Origin: Bacillota bacterium
Lineage (GTDB): Bacteria; Bacillota; UBA5301; JAMCQP01
DNA: 64,000 nucleotides
Direction of reading: 5' to 3'
Assembly (NCBI GenBank): GCA_023381695.1
Contig: JAMCQP010000083.1
Location: 5,165-69,164, forward strand
The first letter of the stretch is position 1. Each line of letters opens with the position of its first letter. This document shows positions 1-8,651 of the stretch, in pieces. Under the pieces are notes generated by a model. That model saw only the letters and a program-made list of their open reading frames with translations, did not search any database and was not told the origin of the DNA. The position numbers were made by a program, and so were the translations under genes.

Positions 1-2715
1 CTTGCGGTACGCGTTGCCAGGCGGGAGCTGCCGTCTTTACTGAGGCAGCCCGGCGTGGCCGCAATCCATGCGGTTCACCTGGTGAAACCCGATAACGAGA
101 CCAGCGTGCCCTTTATCGGGGCGACTCAAGTCTGGCAGATCGTCAAAGGCGGTGTTCCCGTAACCGGGCGCGGCATCCGCGTGGCGGTCATCGACACCGG
201 CATCGACTATACGCACGCCGATTTTGGCGGCCCCGGCGTTGCCGAGGCGTATAAGAGCAACAATCCCAACCTGATCGAGCCGGGCACCTTCCCCACCGCC
301 AAGGTGGTGGACGGTTACGACTTTGTCGGCACCGATTATGACGCCAGTTCCGACGATCCGGCCAAACAGGTGCCGCATCCCGATCCGGATCCGCTCGATG
401 AGGGCGGACATGGCAGCCATGTGGCCGGAACCATCGCCGGTTTCGGGGTGAAGAACGCCGACGGTTCCTGGAGGATCGGTCCCGGTGTGGCTCCCGACAC
501 CCTGCTTTACGCCTACAAGGTCTTCGGCAGGGAAGGTTCCACCGATGTGGTGGCGGAGGCCATCGAACGGGCGATGGACCCCAATCAGGACGGGGATCTC
601 TCCGATCATGTGGACGTAATCAACATGTCGCTCGGATCAACGTTTGGCTCGCCGGATGATCCGTCGGCCGTGGCCACCCAGAAGGCGGTGCGGGCCGGCG
701 TGATTGTCGTGGCTTCCGCCGGCAACTCCGGCAATGTGCCGTACGTTACTGGCTCTCCCGCCGTGGCGCCGGGGGCGATCAGCGTCGCCTCCTCGCTGGA
801 CAACGGGATCGTCTTCGGAGCGATCCGGGTAAACAGCCCCGCAAACCTTGTCGGGTTGATGCAGGCTGCCGAGGGTGCAATCAGCAAGCCGCTTGCCGTG
901 ACCGGGCCAATCACGGCCGATGTTGTCAACGTGGGAGGCACCGGCGCCACGCTGGCCAGCATTCCGGACACCGTGGCCGGCAAGATCGCGCTGATCGATC
1001 GCGGCGCGGTCACCTTTGCGACCAAGATATGGAACGCCCAGGCCAAAGGCGCCATCGCGGTCATTGTGGCCAACAACAATCCGGATCCGCCGATTGTGAT
1101 GGGTGGCAGTTCCACCGGCATAGACATCCCCGGCGTGATGATCAGCCAGGCGGATGGCGTGGCAATCAAGAATGCTCTGCTATTGGGGCCGGTAAACGTC
1201 ACTCTTGCGGCGGAGATCATTATTCCCCGCCCGGATCTGGCGGATACACTTTCCTCCTTTACTTCCCGCGGCCCCGGGCGCTTTGAAAGCAGATTCAAGC
1301 CCGAGATCGCCGCTCCCGGCCAGGACATTCGTTCCGTGGCGATGGGTAGCGGCTCCGGCGCGGTGCTCATGAGCGGTACCTCAATGGCGGCCCCGCATCT
1401 GTCGGGTGTTGCGGCACTAATGCGGCAACTTTATCCCGGCTGGTCCGTGGCAGAGATCAAGGCGCTCCTCATGAATACCGCCACCACCGCGCATCAACAG
1501 CCGAGCGGCGCTCCCTACCCGCTCAGCCTCCAGGGCGCGGGGCGGGTGCAGGTTGCCGTGGCGGCCAGGATACAGTCGGTCGCTCTGCCAGGAGCGCTGG
1601 CCTTTGGCTACCGGGCGATAACCAGGGACATCAGGACGGTGACCAGGAAGATCATCGTCCTGAACAAGTCCAACGCCAGCAAGACTTACAACATCTCCTG
1701 GAGCTTCTTGCAGCCGTCGGATTATAACAAGGGCGTGAACCTGGACATCCCGACCCAGGTGACGGTTCCCGCCCGCCGGAAGGGTGAGGTGGAGGTGCAA
1801 CTGACCATCACTCCGGCGGCGTTGCACGGTCCCAATCCGGGCAGTTCCTACGATAAGGGCCTCAACGAGTACGACGGTTACATCACCCTGGCCGAGGCCG
1901 CCGGCGACACGCTGCGCGTGCCCTTCCAGGTGCTCCCGGCGCCTGCTTCCGACGTTGAATTGGAAGCTGAACGCTTGATTTTCAGCGCGATCCGTCCCAC
2001 GCAGGCCCTGGAGTTGGAGAATGGCGCCGCCAATGCGGGTACGGCCTCCTTCTACAGCCTGGTGGGCTTCAGCCCACGCGACCCCGGGACTCCGGCCGAG
2101 AGCGATCTGCAGTACGCGGGTGTGCGGGCCGTGCCCGGCGCCAACAACGAGGTGCTTGAGTTTACCGCGAAGACTCACGGCGCCTGGTCGACGCTCCAGA
2201 CCAACGAGTTTGACTTCCTGGTGGATACCAACGGTGACGGAAAAGCCGATTACATCGTCTTCAACTACGACCTTGGCTTGCTGACCGGGCAGAGCAGTCC
2301 CAGCGGGCAGGTGGTGAGCGCGGTCTACAACCTTGCCACCAGAAAGATCAGGCTGGAATACTACCTTGGCAACGCCGGCGCCAGCTACAACACCTCGGTG
2401 GCCAGCCTTTACGCCGACGCGGCCGATCTGGGCCTGAGCGGAACCGGCTCGCTGAAGGTGTTGGCGGTGGACGCCTTCGGCCGCGAGAATACCGACGAAC
2501 TGGTTGGCAACGCGCCGGCCATTAACCTTGCCAATCCAGCGATTACCGTGGCGGATCCCGACCTGGTGGTCCCGGCTTATGGAAAAGCCGGAACCAGCGC
2601 CACCGTGAGTTCAACGGCCGGCCCGCTCTCCGACCTGCTGGTTACCTTCCCAGGCAACGGGGAAGCTGAAGAGCAGGCCCAGGCAGTCCATGTTCGGGCT
2701 GTCAACGGCGACTAG
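1..2715 (+). CDS. Subtilisin-like serine protease (peptidase S8) with inserted PA domain and C-terminal beta-rich extension; 5' end truncated by the window edge
   Basis: The frame is open back to position 1. The catalytic triad motifs are visible (VAVIDTGID, HGSHVAGTIAG, GTSMAAPHLSGVAAL). A PA-like insertion (IALIDRGAVTFATKIWNAQAKGAIAVIVAN) lies between His and Ser. The signal peptide and propeptide presumably lie upstream of the window. Confidence 0.85.
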   Translation, partial: LAVRVARRELPSLLRQPGVAAIHAVHLVKPDNETSVPFIGATQVWQIVKGGVPVTGRGIRVAVIDTGIDYTHADFGGPGVAEAYKSNNPNLIEPGTFPTAKVVDGYDFVGTDYDASSDDPAKQVPHPDPDPLDEGGHGSHVAGTIAGFGVKNADGSWRIGPGVAPDTLLYAYKVFGREGSTDVVAEAIERAMDPNQDGDLSDHVDVINMSLGSTFGSPDDPSAVATQKAVRAGVIVVASAGNSGNVPYVTGSPAVAPGAISVASSLDNGIVFGAIRVNSPANLVGLMQAAEGAISKPLAVTGPITADVVNVGGTGATLASIPDTVAGKIALIDRGAVTFATKIWNAQAKGAIAVIVANNNPDPPIVMGGSSTGIDIPGVMISQADGVAIKNALLLGPVNVTLAAEIIIPRPDLADTLSSFTSRGPGRFESRFKPEIAAPGQDIRSVAMGSGSGAVLMSGTSMAAPHLSGVAALMRQLYPGWSVAEIKALLMNTATTAHQQPSGAPYPLSLQGAGRVQVAVAARIQSVALPGALAFGYRAITRDIRTVTRKIIVLNKSNASKTYNISWSFLQPSDYNKGVNLDIPTQVTVPARRKGEVEVQLTITPAALHGPNPGSSYDKGLNEYDGYITLAEAAGDTLRVPFQVLPAPASDVELEAERLIFSAIRPTQALELENGAANAGTASFYSLVGFSPRDPGTPAESDLQYAGVRAVPGANNEVLEFTAKTHGAWSTLQTNEFDFLVDTNGDGKADYIVFNYDLGLLTGQSSPSGQVVSAVYNLATRKIRLEYYLGNAGASYNTSVASLYADAADLGLSGTGSLKVLAVDAFGRENTDELVGNAPAINLANPAITVADPDLVVPAYGKAGTSATVSSTAGPLSDLLVTFPGNGEAEEQAQAVHVRAVNGD

Positions 2716-2730
2716 ACACTGGTGATCAGC

Positions 2731-2765
2731 GCGGGGCGGTCTTTGTGCCGCCCCGTCGTGCTTTT
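2731..2765 (+). terminator. Putative rho-independent terminator downstream of the subtilase gene
   Basis: GC stem gcggggcgg / ccgccccg with an 8-nt loop, followed after a short spacer by cttttat. Confidence 0.4.
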
Positions 2766-2810
2766 ATGGCCTGATGTAATCTCTTGGCGACAATTAAATG
2801 CAGGGGGACG

Positions 2811-4055
2811 ATGATGGGCGGGACGCACGAGACGTTGACGCATGGGATGGACGGGGGAGCGCGGCAACAGGCAAAACCGCCGCTGTGGACCAGAAATTTT
2901 GTTTTGATCAGCCTGGCGAACCTTCTGGTCTTTCTTGGTTTCCAGATGTTGATGCCCACCCTGCCGCTTTATGTGGCAAAGCTGGGAGGGCAGGCTTCGG
3001 CCATCGGGATCGTGGTCGGGGTCTTTACCATCTCGGCGGTTGCCATGCGGCCGCTGGTGGGGGTGGGGTTGGACAGGTGGGGCCGGATGGGTTTTCTCTT
3101 CCTCGGTCTGGGGGTGTTTATCCTTTCAGTTCTCTCCTACAATCTGGCCGGCGCCATTCCAGTGTTATTAGGGTTGCGGCTGGTACATGGCTTCGGCTGG
3201 GGGGCATACACCACCTCCTCCGGCACCATAGCGGCGGATGTGATTCCGGCGGCGCGGCGCGGAGAGGGAATGGGTTACTATGGACTCTCCGGCAACCTGG
3301 CGATGGCCGTGGCGCCAGTGTTAGGCCTGTTTATCGCCAACCGCTACGGGTTTGGCAGTTTGTTCTGGACCTCGGCCACGCTGGCGTTCCTGGCGATCTT
3401 CCTGGCCGCCGGGATCCGGCTTCAAGCAGCAAACAATACAGCCATCACAGTGGGCGCGGCGATTCCAGGTGGGGCGGGCGGCCAGGCGCCGCGCGGAAAA
3501 ACAGCCTTCTTCGAACGCAGCGCTCTTTTGCCGTCGCTGGTGGTCTTGCTGGTCACCATCACTTATGGCGGGGTGGTCACCTTTGTGACCCTGTTTGCGG
3601 CCCAGCGGGGGATCCGGAATGTCGGCGCGTTTTTCACGGTCTTTGCGGTGGTTCTGATGGCCACCCGGCCGTTTGCTGGCGTCCTGGCTGATAAAAGGGG
3701 GTTCCGGACGGTTCTGATCCCCGGCCTTTTGATGGTGGGGGCGGGAATGTTAACGCTGGGATTGGCCGGAAATCTGGCGGGCCTTTTTCTGGCGGCGGCC
3801 CTTTACGGCATCGGCTTTGGCGCCGTCCAGCCGACCTTGCAGGCCCTGACCGTGCAACTGGCGCCGCCTGCCAGGCGAGGGGTGGCCAATGCGACCTTCT
3901 TTTCCGCCTTTGACCTTGGGATCAGCCTGGGATCGATCTTTTTGGGCCTGGTCGCCCAGTGGATTGGTTATGGAGGCATGTACGCGGTTTCAGCGCTCTT
4001 TGCGCTATTGGGGCTGGCGATGTTTTCGTGGCTGGAGAAGGCTGAAAAGAGTTAA
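2811..4055 (+). CDS. MFS transporter
   Basis: A 12-TM-like hydrophobic profile and an MFS signature region (GLDRWGRMG). The start is uncertain: TTG 2784, ATG 2811 and ATG 2814 are all in frame. Confidence 0.8.
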   Translation: MMGGTHETLTHGMDGGARQQAKPPLWTRNFVLISLANLLVFLGFQMLMPTLPLYVAKLGGQASAIGIVVGVFTISAVAMRPLVGVGLDRWGRMGFLFLGLGVFILSVLSYNLAGAIPVLLGLRLVHGFGWGAYTTSSGTIAADVIPAARRGEGMGYYGLSGNLAMAVAPVLGLFIANRYGFGSLFWTSATLAFLAIFLAAGIRLQAANNTAITVGAAIPGGAGGQAPRGKTAFFERSALLPSLVVLLVTITYGGVVTFVTLFAAQRGIRNVGAFFTVFAVVLMATRPFAGVLADKRGFRTVLIPGLLMVGAGMLTLGLAGNLAGLFLAAALYGIGFGAVQPTLQALTVQLAPPARRGVANATFFSAFDLGISLGSIFLGLVAQWIGYGGMYAVSALFALLGLAMFSWLEKAEKS

Positions 4056-4128
4056 TGAGGCGATTTTCAACGCTTGTCGATGGAAATACGGCCGAAAAAA
4101 CACTTGCCAGGACAAAGGAGGTCTTTGC

Positions 4129-4452
4129 ATGGCTGAAATCCCTTTGGAACTCTTTAGTGTTGTAAAGAGTTATATTGACAAACTGCGCAAGGAAATACCC
4201 GTCGACAAGGCGTTGCTTTTCGGTTCATATGCCAAAGGGACATATCACAAGGATAGCGATGTTGATCTGGCTATATTTTCCGACTTCTTCAAGGGGAAGC
4301 GGAGAGTTGAAGCAACGAGTTTTCTACTTGCACGGGTTGCTGATTACAGGTATGATATTGAACCCATTGGTTACCCGTTTGAAGCGTACAAAAATTATCA
4401 AGATGACCCTTTTGTCAGGGAGATCGTGATAACAGGCATAGAAATTACTTAA
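4129..4452 (+). CDS. Nucleotidyltransferase-domain protein (MNT/Pol-beta superfamily minimal NTase), orphan, low GC
   Basis: The motif LLFGSYAKGTYHKDSDVDLAIF (GS...D.D NTase signature) is present. RBS AAAGGAGG lies 8 nt upstream of the ATG. The gene is about 43% GC against roughly 65% for the window. Confidence 0.8.
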   Translation: MAEIPLELFSVVKSYIDKLRKEIPVDKALLFGSYAKGTYHKDSDVDLAIFSDFFKGKRRVEATSFLLARVADYRYDIEPIGYPFEAYKNYQDDPFVREIVITGIEIT

Positions 4453-4468
4453 CGCTCCGACCTTTAAC

Positions 4469-4777
4469 TTAGACCTCGTCATACGGGATCCCGACCTCGT
4501 CCAGGTCGTCGGGCGGATTCCAAGTGAAGATGTCGTCTTCCTCCTCGGGGGCTTCCTGCTCCAGCCAGTGCTTCTCCTCTTTCGTGGCCTCGCGCAGCCC
4601 GTTATTGGCCACGTTGTGGACGAAATCGTCGGGCGACACCGGGTGTGGTCCCACCATGGAGTGGCCGTCCTTGACCAGCACCCCGGTTACCTGGACCGGG
4701 GCTTCGTATTCATCCAGCTCCAGATGGTAGACCCACACTCCCTCTCCAACATCCACGGAATAAAAACGCTCACTCAT
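4469..4777 (-). CDS. Hypothetical small acidic protein (102 aa) immediately downstream of dnaE
   Basis: The ORF has RBS GGAGG 9 nt upstream of its ATG and a strongly acidic C-terminal half (EEAPEEEDDIFTWNPPDDLDEVGIPYDEV). No family was recognised. Confidence 0.5.
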   Translation of the reverse strand: MSERFYSVDVGEGVWVYHLELDEYEAPVQVTGVLVKDGHSMVGPHPVSPDDFVHNVANNGLREATKEEKHWLEQEAPEEEDDIFTWNPPDDLDEVGIPYDEV

Positions 4778-4941
4778 GGCCTTATGCCTCCACTATCGCA
4801 TTGCCGCCGCAGTTATGGATTGGCGCTGATTGACACTGCCTGTGTACCGCGGGTGCGGTTATAGTATGGTGATCTTTATCCGGGGATATGACCTTCTTGA
4901 CCAGATGGACCGGATATGCTGGATCGCAACCTTTATTGCGG

Positions 4942-7900
4942 TCAGGGGGCCAGTTCCCTGAGCGGTGTTATCTCCTGGGCGATGATCTTGATCTCCTCCT
5001 CTTCCAGGCTGAGTTTGCCGGTGATCAGCATGCCGGCGTAGTCAAGACGGGTCGCGTATTGCTGGTAGGTCCTCGGAAAAAGGATCACCTCGAAGAGCCC
5101 CTCCATATCTTCCAGGAGGAGAAAGAGCATCTGTTCTTTCTTTTTTGTGGTCTGCCGCCGGGCGTTGATCACTATTCCGGCGATCTTCACCCGGCTGCCG
5201 TCCGGGAGGAGCTCCAGATCTTTGCTGGAGACCGCCCCAATCCGGTTGAACACGCCGCGGAAAGGCAGCAGAGGGTGGTCACCCAGGCTGATCCCCAGGA
5301 TCTCCCTCTCCCAGGCCTGGATCTGTGCGGGAAGGTATTCAGGGGCGGAGGTTTGATCCGCGGGCCGCCCGGCCTGGTTTTGGCCGGGAGAAGCGAGAGG
5401 TTGGGCCAAAGCCGTTGGTTCAAAGAGTTCCAGTTGCCCGGGAACTTTCTTGCGGCGCGGCAGGGTGGCCCGCAAGGCCCGATCCAACCCGCTCAGGAGT
5501 TCCCGGCGGCTTTCGCCGAGCGAGGCGAAGGCGCCCACCTTGATCAAGTTTTCCAGGGCGGGTCTCCGGATCGCCGTCCGGGGCACGGCGGCGCAGAAGT
5601 CCTCAAGGGACATGAACGGCCCGTGCTCAAGCCGGGTTTTCAGGATCTCCCGGACGGCTCCAGACCCCAGTTCCTTGACCAGAGAAAGGCCCACCCGGAT
5701 GGCGGGGCCGCCTGCGGCTTCTTCCGCTTCTGCCACGGTGAAGCGGGCCTGGCTCCTGTTGATATCCGGGGGGAGAAGTTGGACGCCGTGCCGCTTGGCC
5801 TCCTCAACGTACACGGACATCCCGTAATACCCCATCTGGGTGCTCAAAAGCGCCGCCAGGTAATGCGCCGGGTGGTGGGCCTTGAGAAACGCGGTCTGGT
5901 AGGAGACCGTTCCGTAGGCTGTGCTGTGAGCCTTGTTAAAGCTGTAGCCGGCAAAGTTGCCCAGCATCTCAAAGATCTGCTCCGCCACCGGGGCGGGAAT
6001 GCCGTTTTTAAGGGCGCCTGCCGCAAAGCGCCTGCGAAACTTCTCGCGCTCGCTCTCCGCCTGGCGCGAACCCAAAACCCGGCGCAGCAGATCCGCTTCC
6101 CCCAGGCTGAGCCCGCCGATCTGGTGGGCGATCCGCATCACCTGTTCCTGGTAGAGGATCACCCCGTAGGTGTCCGCCAATATGGGCTCCAGCGCCGGAT
6201 GCAGGCAGGTGGCCGGCTCCGCGCCGTGCCGCCTCCGGATGAAAGCGTCCAGAGCCCCGCTCTCCCGGGGGCCGGGCCGGTAAAGCGATAGGACGGCGAT
6301 GATGTCATCCAGGTTCTCCGGTTTCAGCCTTTTGAGGACATTGCGCATCCCGGCGCTCTCCAGCTGAAAACACCCCAGGGTGTCGGCCTTTTGCAGGAGG
6401 GCGAAGGCGGCCGGGTCATCGGGCGGGAAGTACGGGGCGGGCGTCTCCGCGTCAGGGGCGAGCGCCTCCTTGACAGGGGTGGGTGACTCCTGGACAGGGC
6501 TGGATGCCCCCCGGTCGGCCGGCTCGCCGATGGAATCGATGGTATCCTGGATAATCGTAAGGTTGCGCAGGCCCAGAAGGTCGATCTTCAGGAGGCCGAG
6601 AGCTTCCACGGCATCCATGTCGTACTGGGTGATCACCCCGCCCTTGGGCGCGCGCTGCAAGGGGACCACCTCGGTCAGCGGCTCCTGCGAGATGAGCACG
6701 CCCGCGGCGTGGATGGACATGTGGCGGGGCATGCCTTCCAGGGCCTGAGCCGCCGCCAGGAGGGTTTTGACCGGTTCTTCCAAAAGCGGGATCCCCTGGA
6801 ATTCTGGCGCTGTGGCCAGGGCCTGGGCGATTCCCCCGTTACCAAGCCGGTGCCCATAGGAAGGAAAACTTTTGGCGATCTTGTCGATCAACCCATAGGG
6901 AACCCGCAGAGCCTTCCCGACATCCCGGATGGCGGCTCTCGCGCCCAGGGTGCTGAAGGTGCCGATCATCGCCACGCGCTCTTCGCCGTACTTCCGGGTC
7001 ACGTAGGCCAGAACCTCGTCCCGCCGCCTCTGGCACAGGTCGATGTCGATATCCGGCATGTCCACCCGCTCGGGGTTGAGGAAGCGTTCGAAGAACAGGT
7101 TGTAACGCAGCGGATCCACGTCGGTGATTCCGAGGAGGTAGGAGACCAGGCTGCCTGCGGCCGATCCCCGCCCCGGCCCCACCGGGATATTATTCTCGCG
7201 GGCGTATTTGACGATATCCCAGACAATGAGGAAGTACCCCGGGAAACCCTTGTTGGTGATCACCTCCAGTTCGTGTTCCAGCCGGGCGGTGACCTTCGGC
7301 GTAACCCCGGCCGGGCCGTACCGGCGCGTGGCCCCGGCGTGGCAAAGCTCCCGGAGGAAGCTTTCCGGGGTGGAGCCCCCGGGAACGGAATAATGGGGCA
7401 GGCGGACCTTGCCCAGGCCAAGGTCCACGTTGCAGCGCCCGGCAATAACGGCGGTATTGGCCAGGGCTTGCGGGGCATAACCCAGGCTGTCGGCCATCTC
7501 CGCCGGAGATTTGAGGTAATACTCCTGGTTGGCGAAGCGCAGCGGGGTGGATTCGTCGATGCGTTTGAGAGTCTGGATGCAGACCGCCAGATCGTGGACC
7601 GGCGCGTCGCTCCGGGAGCAGTAATGCACGTCGTTGGTGGCCGCCAGCGGGATGCCGGACTCCGCGCCGAGGCTCACCAAGGCCGGGTTGATCCGGCGTT
7701 CCTCGAAGAGGCCGTGGTCTTGAAGTTCGAGGAAGAAGTTCTCCGGCCCAAAGATCCCGGCATATTCCCGGAGGGCCTGTTTGGCGGCCTCCGGCCGGCC
7801 GGAGAGGAGGTGCCGGGAGATCTCGCCGGAGAGGCAGCCGCTGAGAGCGATCAGCCCCCGGCTGTGTTCGGCCAGCAGTTCCTTGTCCACGCGCGGTTTG

Positions 7901-8304
7901 TAGTAGAAGCCTTCCAGAAAGCCTTTGCTGGCCAGTTTGAGCAGGTTGCGGTAACCCGTTTCGTCTTCGGCAAGCAGGGTGAGGTGGTGATACCGCAGAC
8001 CCGGTTCGGGATCAGGCTCGGATACGGATCGGGACCCCGGCCCGGCTCCGGCCTCAGTGCCGGGTCTAGCCCCGGGCCGCGTAGCACGCCCTTCCGGCGC
8101 CACGTAGACCTCGCAGCCGATGATGGGCTTGATGCCGTACTTTTTGGCGAGCCTGTAGAAGGGAACCACGCCGTGCATGACGCCGTGATCGGTGATGGCC
8201 AGCGCCGTCATCCCGAGTTCGGCCGTCCGCCGGAGGAGATCCTCCAGGCGGCAGATGCCGTCCAACAGGCTGTATTCGGTGTGTACGTGCAGATGCGTGA
8301 ACAT
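4942..8304 (-). CDS. dnaE: DNA polymerase III alpha subunit DnaE (PHP-domain type)
   Basis: It has an N-terminal PHP motif (MFTHLHVHTEYSLLDG), a polymerase core and a C-terminal OB region. RBS AAGGAG lies upstream of ATG 8304. The ORF track's extra 54 N-terminal codons lack homology and are probably not translated. Confidence 0.95.
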   Translation of the reverse strand: MFTHLHVHTEYSLLDGICRLEDLLRRTAELGMTALAITDHGVMHGVVPFYRLAKKYGIKPIIGCEVYVAPEGRATRPGARPGTEAGAGPGSRSVSEPDPEPGLRYHHLTLLAEDETGYRNLLKLASKGFLEGFYYKPRVDKELLAEHSRGLIALSGCLSGEISRHLLSGRPEAAKQALREYAGIFGPENFFLELQDHGLFEERRINPALVSLGAESGIPLAATNDVHYCSRSDAPVHDLAVCIQTLKRIDESTPLRFANQEYYLKSPAEMADSLGYAPQALANTAVIAGRCNVDLGLGKVRLPHYSVPGGSTPESFLRELCHAGATRRYGPAGVTPKVTARLEHELEVITNKGFPGYFLIVWDIVKYARENNIPVGPGRGSAAGSLVSYLLGITDVDPLRYNLFFERFLNPERVDMPDIDIDLCQRRRDEVLAYVTRKYGEERVAMIGTFSTLGARAAIRDVGKALRVPYGLIDKIAKSFPSYGHRLGNGGIAQALATAPEFQGIPLLEEPVKTLLAAAQALEGMPRHMSIHAAGVLISQEPLTEVVPLQRAPKGGVITQYDMDAVEALGLLKIDLLGLRNLTIIQDTIDSIGEPADRGASSPVQESPTPVKEALAPDAETPAPYFPPDDPAAFALLQKADTLGCFQLESAGMRNVLKRLKPENLDDIIAVLSLYRPGPRESGALDAFIRRRHGAEPATCLHPALEPILADTYGVILYQEQVMRIAHQIGGLSLGEADLLRRVLGSRQAESEREKFRRRFAAGALKNGIPAPVAEQIFEMLGNFAGYSFNKAHSTAYGTVSYQTAFLKAHHPAHYLAALLSTQMGYYGMSVYVEEAKRHGVQLLPPDINRSQARFTVAEAEEAAGGPAIRVGLSLVKELGSGAVREILKTRLEHGPFMSLEDFCAAVPRTAIRRPALENLIKVGAFASLGESRRELLSGLDRALRATLPRRKKVPGQLELFEPTALAQPLASPGQNQAGRPADQTSAPEYLPAQIQAWEREILGISLGDHPLLPFRGVFNRIGAVSSKDLELLPDGSRVKIAGIVINARRQTTKKKEQMLFLLLEDMEGLFEVILFPRTYQQYATRLDYAGMLITGKLSLEEEEIKIIAQEITPLRELAP

Positions 8305-8372
8305 GCTTGCTCCTTGTAGATTGCGGGCAAGGATCTCTTGATTACAGACCGGCGGCCAACGTCCCTCATTCA

Positions 8373-8386
8373 AGAACAATGGTTCT
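8373..8386. promoter_or_regulatory. Candidate LexA (Cheo-type) box 1, AGAACAATGGTTCT
   Basis: It matches the Gram-positive SOS box GAAC-N4-GTTC. It lies in the divergent dnaE / MATE intergenic region. Confidence 0.6.
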
Positions 8387-8391
8387 ACATG

Positions 8392-8405
8392 GGAACAGGA
8401 GTTCC
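8392..8405. promoter_or_regulatory. Candidate LexA (Cheo-type) box 2, GGAACAGGAGTTCC
   Basis: A second GAAC-N4-GTTC palindrome 5 bp downstream of box 1. Confidence 0.55.
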
Positions 8406-8651
8406 TGCCGAATATCAATAAGCTTTCCTGGAAGAGAAGGAAGTAGGCGATCAAGCAGGTTGCCACGTCCGGGTGATCGATGGCCCATGGAAATTTTGGC
8501 CCACTAACGGTTCACCAACCGCAAGCTTTCGGGACAGGAGCGCGGAACCGGCCAAATCCAGACGATAGGGAGGTTTGACTGGTCCGACCAGCGGTTGTAA
8601 AATAAGAGATATGCCAGTCCAGGATCGGAAGGTTGCCAGCGGCGTGAAAAT

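Noticed and set aside
4888-8319. Long plus-strand ORFs (4888..6291, 467 aa; 6709..8319, 536 aa) inside dnaE
   Set aside because: They are antisense to a confidently identified dnaE. Their Arg/Gly/Pro-rich composition is typical of spurious open frames in high-GC DNA, and they have no recognisable domains.
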